DNA of 63,961 bases, the filler included, from Octopus bimaculoides (taxonomy: Eukaryota): assembly GCF_001194135.2 (NCBI RefSeq). It is 5 parts of 5 records of this genome, joined end to end, with 100 filler letters (N's around TTAATTAATTAA, not from the genome) between each part and the next. Parts side by side here need not be neighbours in the genome. Positions count along the whole stretch, not along the records: positions 61,381 to 63,961 come from NC_069001.1; 4 more parts are not named here. One strand, 5' to 3'. Every line of letters starts with the position of its first letter. The stretch's first letter is position 1. The position numbers and the translations under genes are program-made. The notes below the pieces were generated by a model, which made no database searches, was not told where the DNA came from, and saw nothing but the letters and a program-made list of their open reading frames with translations. This document shows, one piece after another, positions 62,201 through 63,961 of the stretch.

Positions 62201-62255
62201 GCTGATCTATTCTTTACTGATATCTGGAGAGCTTGCCTGCTACTGCTATGATACG

Positions 62256-62305
62256 CTGTCCCATATCCTTTACTGTCCCATATCCTTTACTGTCCCATAT
62301 CCTTT
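62256..62305. repeat. 17-bp tandem repeat x3 (CTGTCCCATATCCTTTA)
   Basis: Two exact units plus one nearly complete unit, followed by (TAT)n at about 62315-62361. Confidence 0.9.
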
Positions 62306-62314
62306 CTCCTTGAC

Positions 62315-62381
<67 letters not shown>

Positions 62382-63961
62382 GGCCGTAGCTTAATGACTG
62401 AAACAAGTAAAGGATAAAACATAAAGATAAAAGTATGTATGATTGTATGTATGTGTGTGTGTGTGCGTACGTGTGCGTGTACAGATAAACGTAAAAGTAA
62501 GCTATATGCGATAGAGATGTGCATGAATGTACTCCTCTATATATATGTGTGTATGTGTGTGATCTGTGCGCGCGCGTGTGTGATGCGTATGTGTGCAAAC
62601 GAACTTGCAGTAAGGATTCTATAGGGAAAGAGTAGGAAAGGTGCCTTCGGTTATTGTAGCAAAGGACAGCTTACAAACTGAACAAAACACAATATATTCA
62701 CATAGATTGTTCTATCAAAGACAGCTTCTCAAATGCTATCGCTGTAATCTTGCCAGAAGAAAGTTCAAAAGCTAATAAGATTTCTACGTGTGATATTTGG
62801 TTCTGTGTGCGCGTGCGTGCGTGTCAGTCTGTTTGTGTGTGTGTCGTGTGTGGCGGGGTGACTTCCCGGGTGTGTGTTTGTATGAGTCTCAGTGAATTTA
62901 TCTCGACTGTTCGACTGTACTATGCTTGTACATGTGTGTGTGTTTCGGCGCCATTATTTTCCTTCTTAATGTATATATATATATATATATATATATNNNN
63001 NNNNNNNNNNNNNNNNNNNNNNNNNNNNNNNNNNNNNNNNNNNNNNNNNNNNNNNNNNNNNNNNNNNNNNNNNNNNNNNNNNNNNNNNNNNNNNNNNNNN
63101 NNNNNNNNNNNNNNNNNNNNNNNNNNNNNNNNNNNNNNNNNNNNNNNNNNNNNNNNNNNNNNNNNNNNNNNNNNNNNNNNNNNNNNNNNNNNNNNNNNNN
63201 NNNNNNNNNNNNNNNNNNNNNNNNNNNNNNNNNNNNNNNNNNNNNNNNNNNNNNNNNNNNNNNNNNNNNNNNNNNNNNNNNNNNNNNNNNNNNNNNNNNN
63301 NNNNNNNNNNNNNNNNNNNNNNNNNNNNNNNNNNNNNNNNNNNNNNNNNNNNNNNNNNNNNNNNNNNNNNNNNNNNNNNNNNNNNNNNNNNNNNNNNNNN
63401 NNNNNNNNNNNNNNNNNNNNNNNNNNNNNNNNNNNNNNNNNNNNNNNNNNNNNNNNNNNNNNNNNNNNNNNNNNNNNNNNNNNNNNNNNNNNNNNNNNNN
63501 NNNNNNNNNNNNNNNNNNNNNNNNNNNNNNNNNNNNNNNNNNNNNNNNNNNNNNNNNNNNNNNNNNNNNNNNNNNNNNNNNNNNNNNNNNNNNNNNNNTA
63601 TATATATACATATATATATATATACATACATACACACACACATATATATACATATAAATACATACACACACACACACATATATATGTATACATATATATA
63701 ATTCCCATCAGAACATTATTATTTGTCTTGTTCCTTGGTTTTTGTTTACTCCACATGTTTACTGGAAAACCTAGCTATGTTGTTTACATATTAATCTAGC
63801 TTTCATCTATTTCTTTTCTTTTTTTTTTCTTGCTGCAATCTCTTTCATCTTTTGTCTGCGACATTTAAACAACAATTCCGACATATTGCGAGGTTGTTGA
63901 TAAAATCTTTCATTGGGTCCTATTTTGGCTCTACACAACGAAAGAAGAAACAAAAATACAA

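Overview
An AT-rich, microsatellite-saturated eukaryotic window, about 11% N. The SINE, LINE and mariner families match my recollection of octopod (Octopus) genomes; this is inference, not a database hit. Four gaps with the fixed layout 44N-TTAATTAATTAA-44N are synthetic joins, so the window is probably five separate scaffolds (1-24225, 24326-34977, 35078-48451, 48552-61280, 61381-63961). Adjacency across those joins is not biological evidence. I can support no intact protein-coding gene, and almost all listed ORFs are microsatellite or N read-throughs, or decayed transposon frames. The one clearly intact gene is tRNA-Gln(TTG) at 5354-5425 with a Pol III T-run. The rest is decayed mobile DNA: three abundant tRNA-derived SINE families, mariner and Tc1 transposons, RTE LINEs, a near full-length L1/Tx1-like LINE, a co-oriented nest of about seven R4/Dong-like fragments, Penelope-like RT and GIY-YIG pieces, a Helitron-like element and a TSD-flanked solo LTR. 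The best leads are a TSD-flanked, 5'-inverted RTE insertion with twin-priming geometry (17461-18565), the R4/Dong nest, hammerhead-ribozyme-like remnants, and a compact CArG/CCAAT/CRE/forkhead motif cluster at 23372-23471. I found no evidence that establishes a new multi-gene system.
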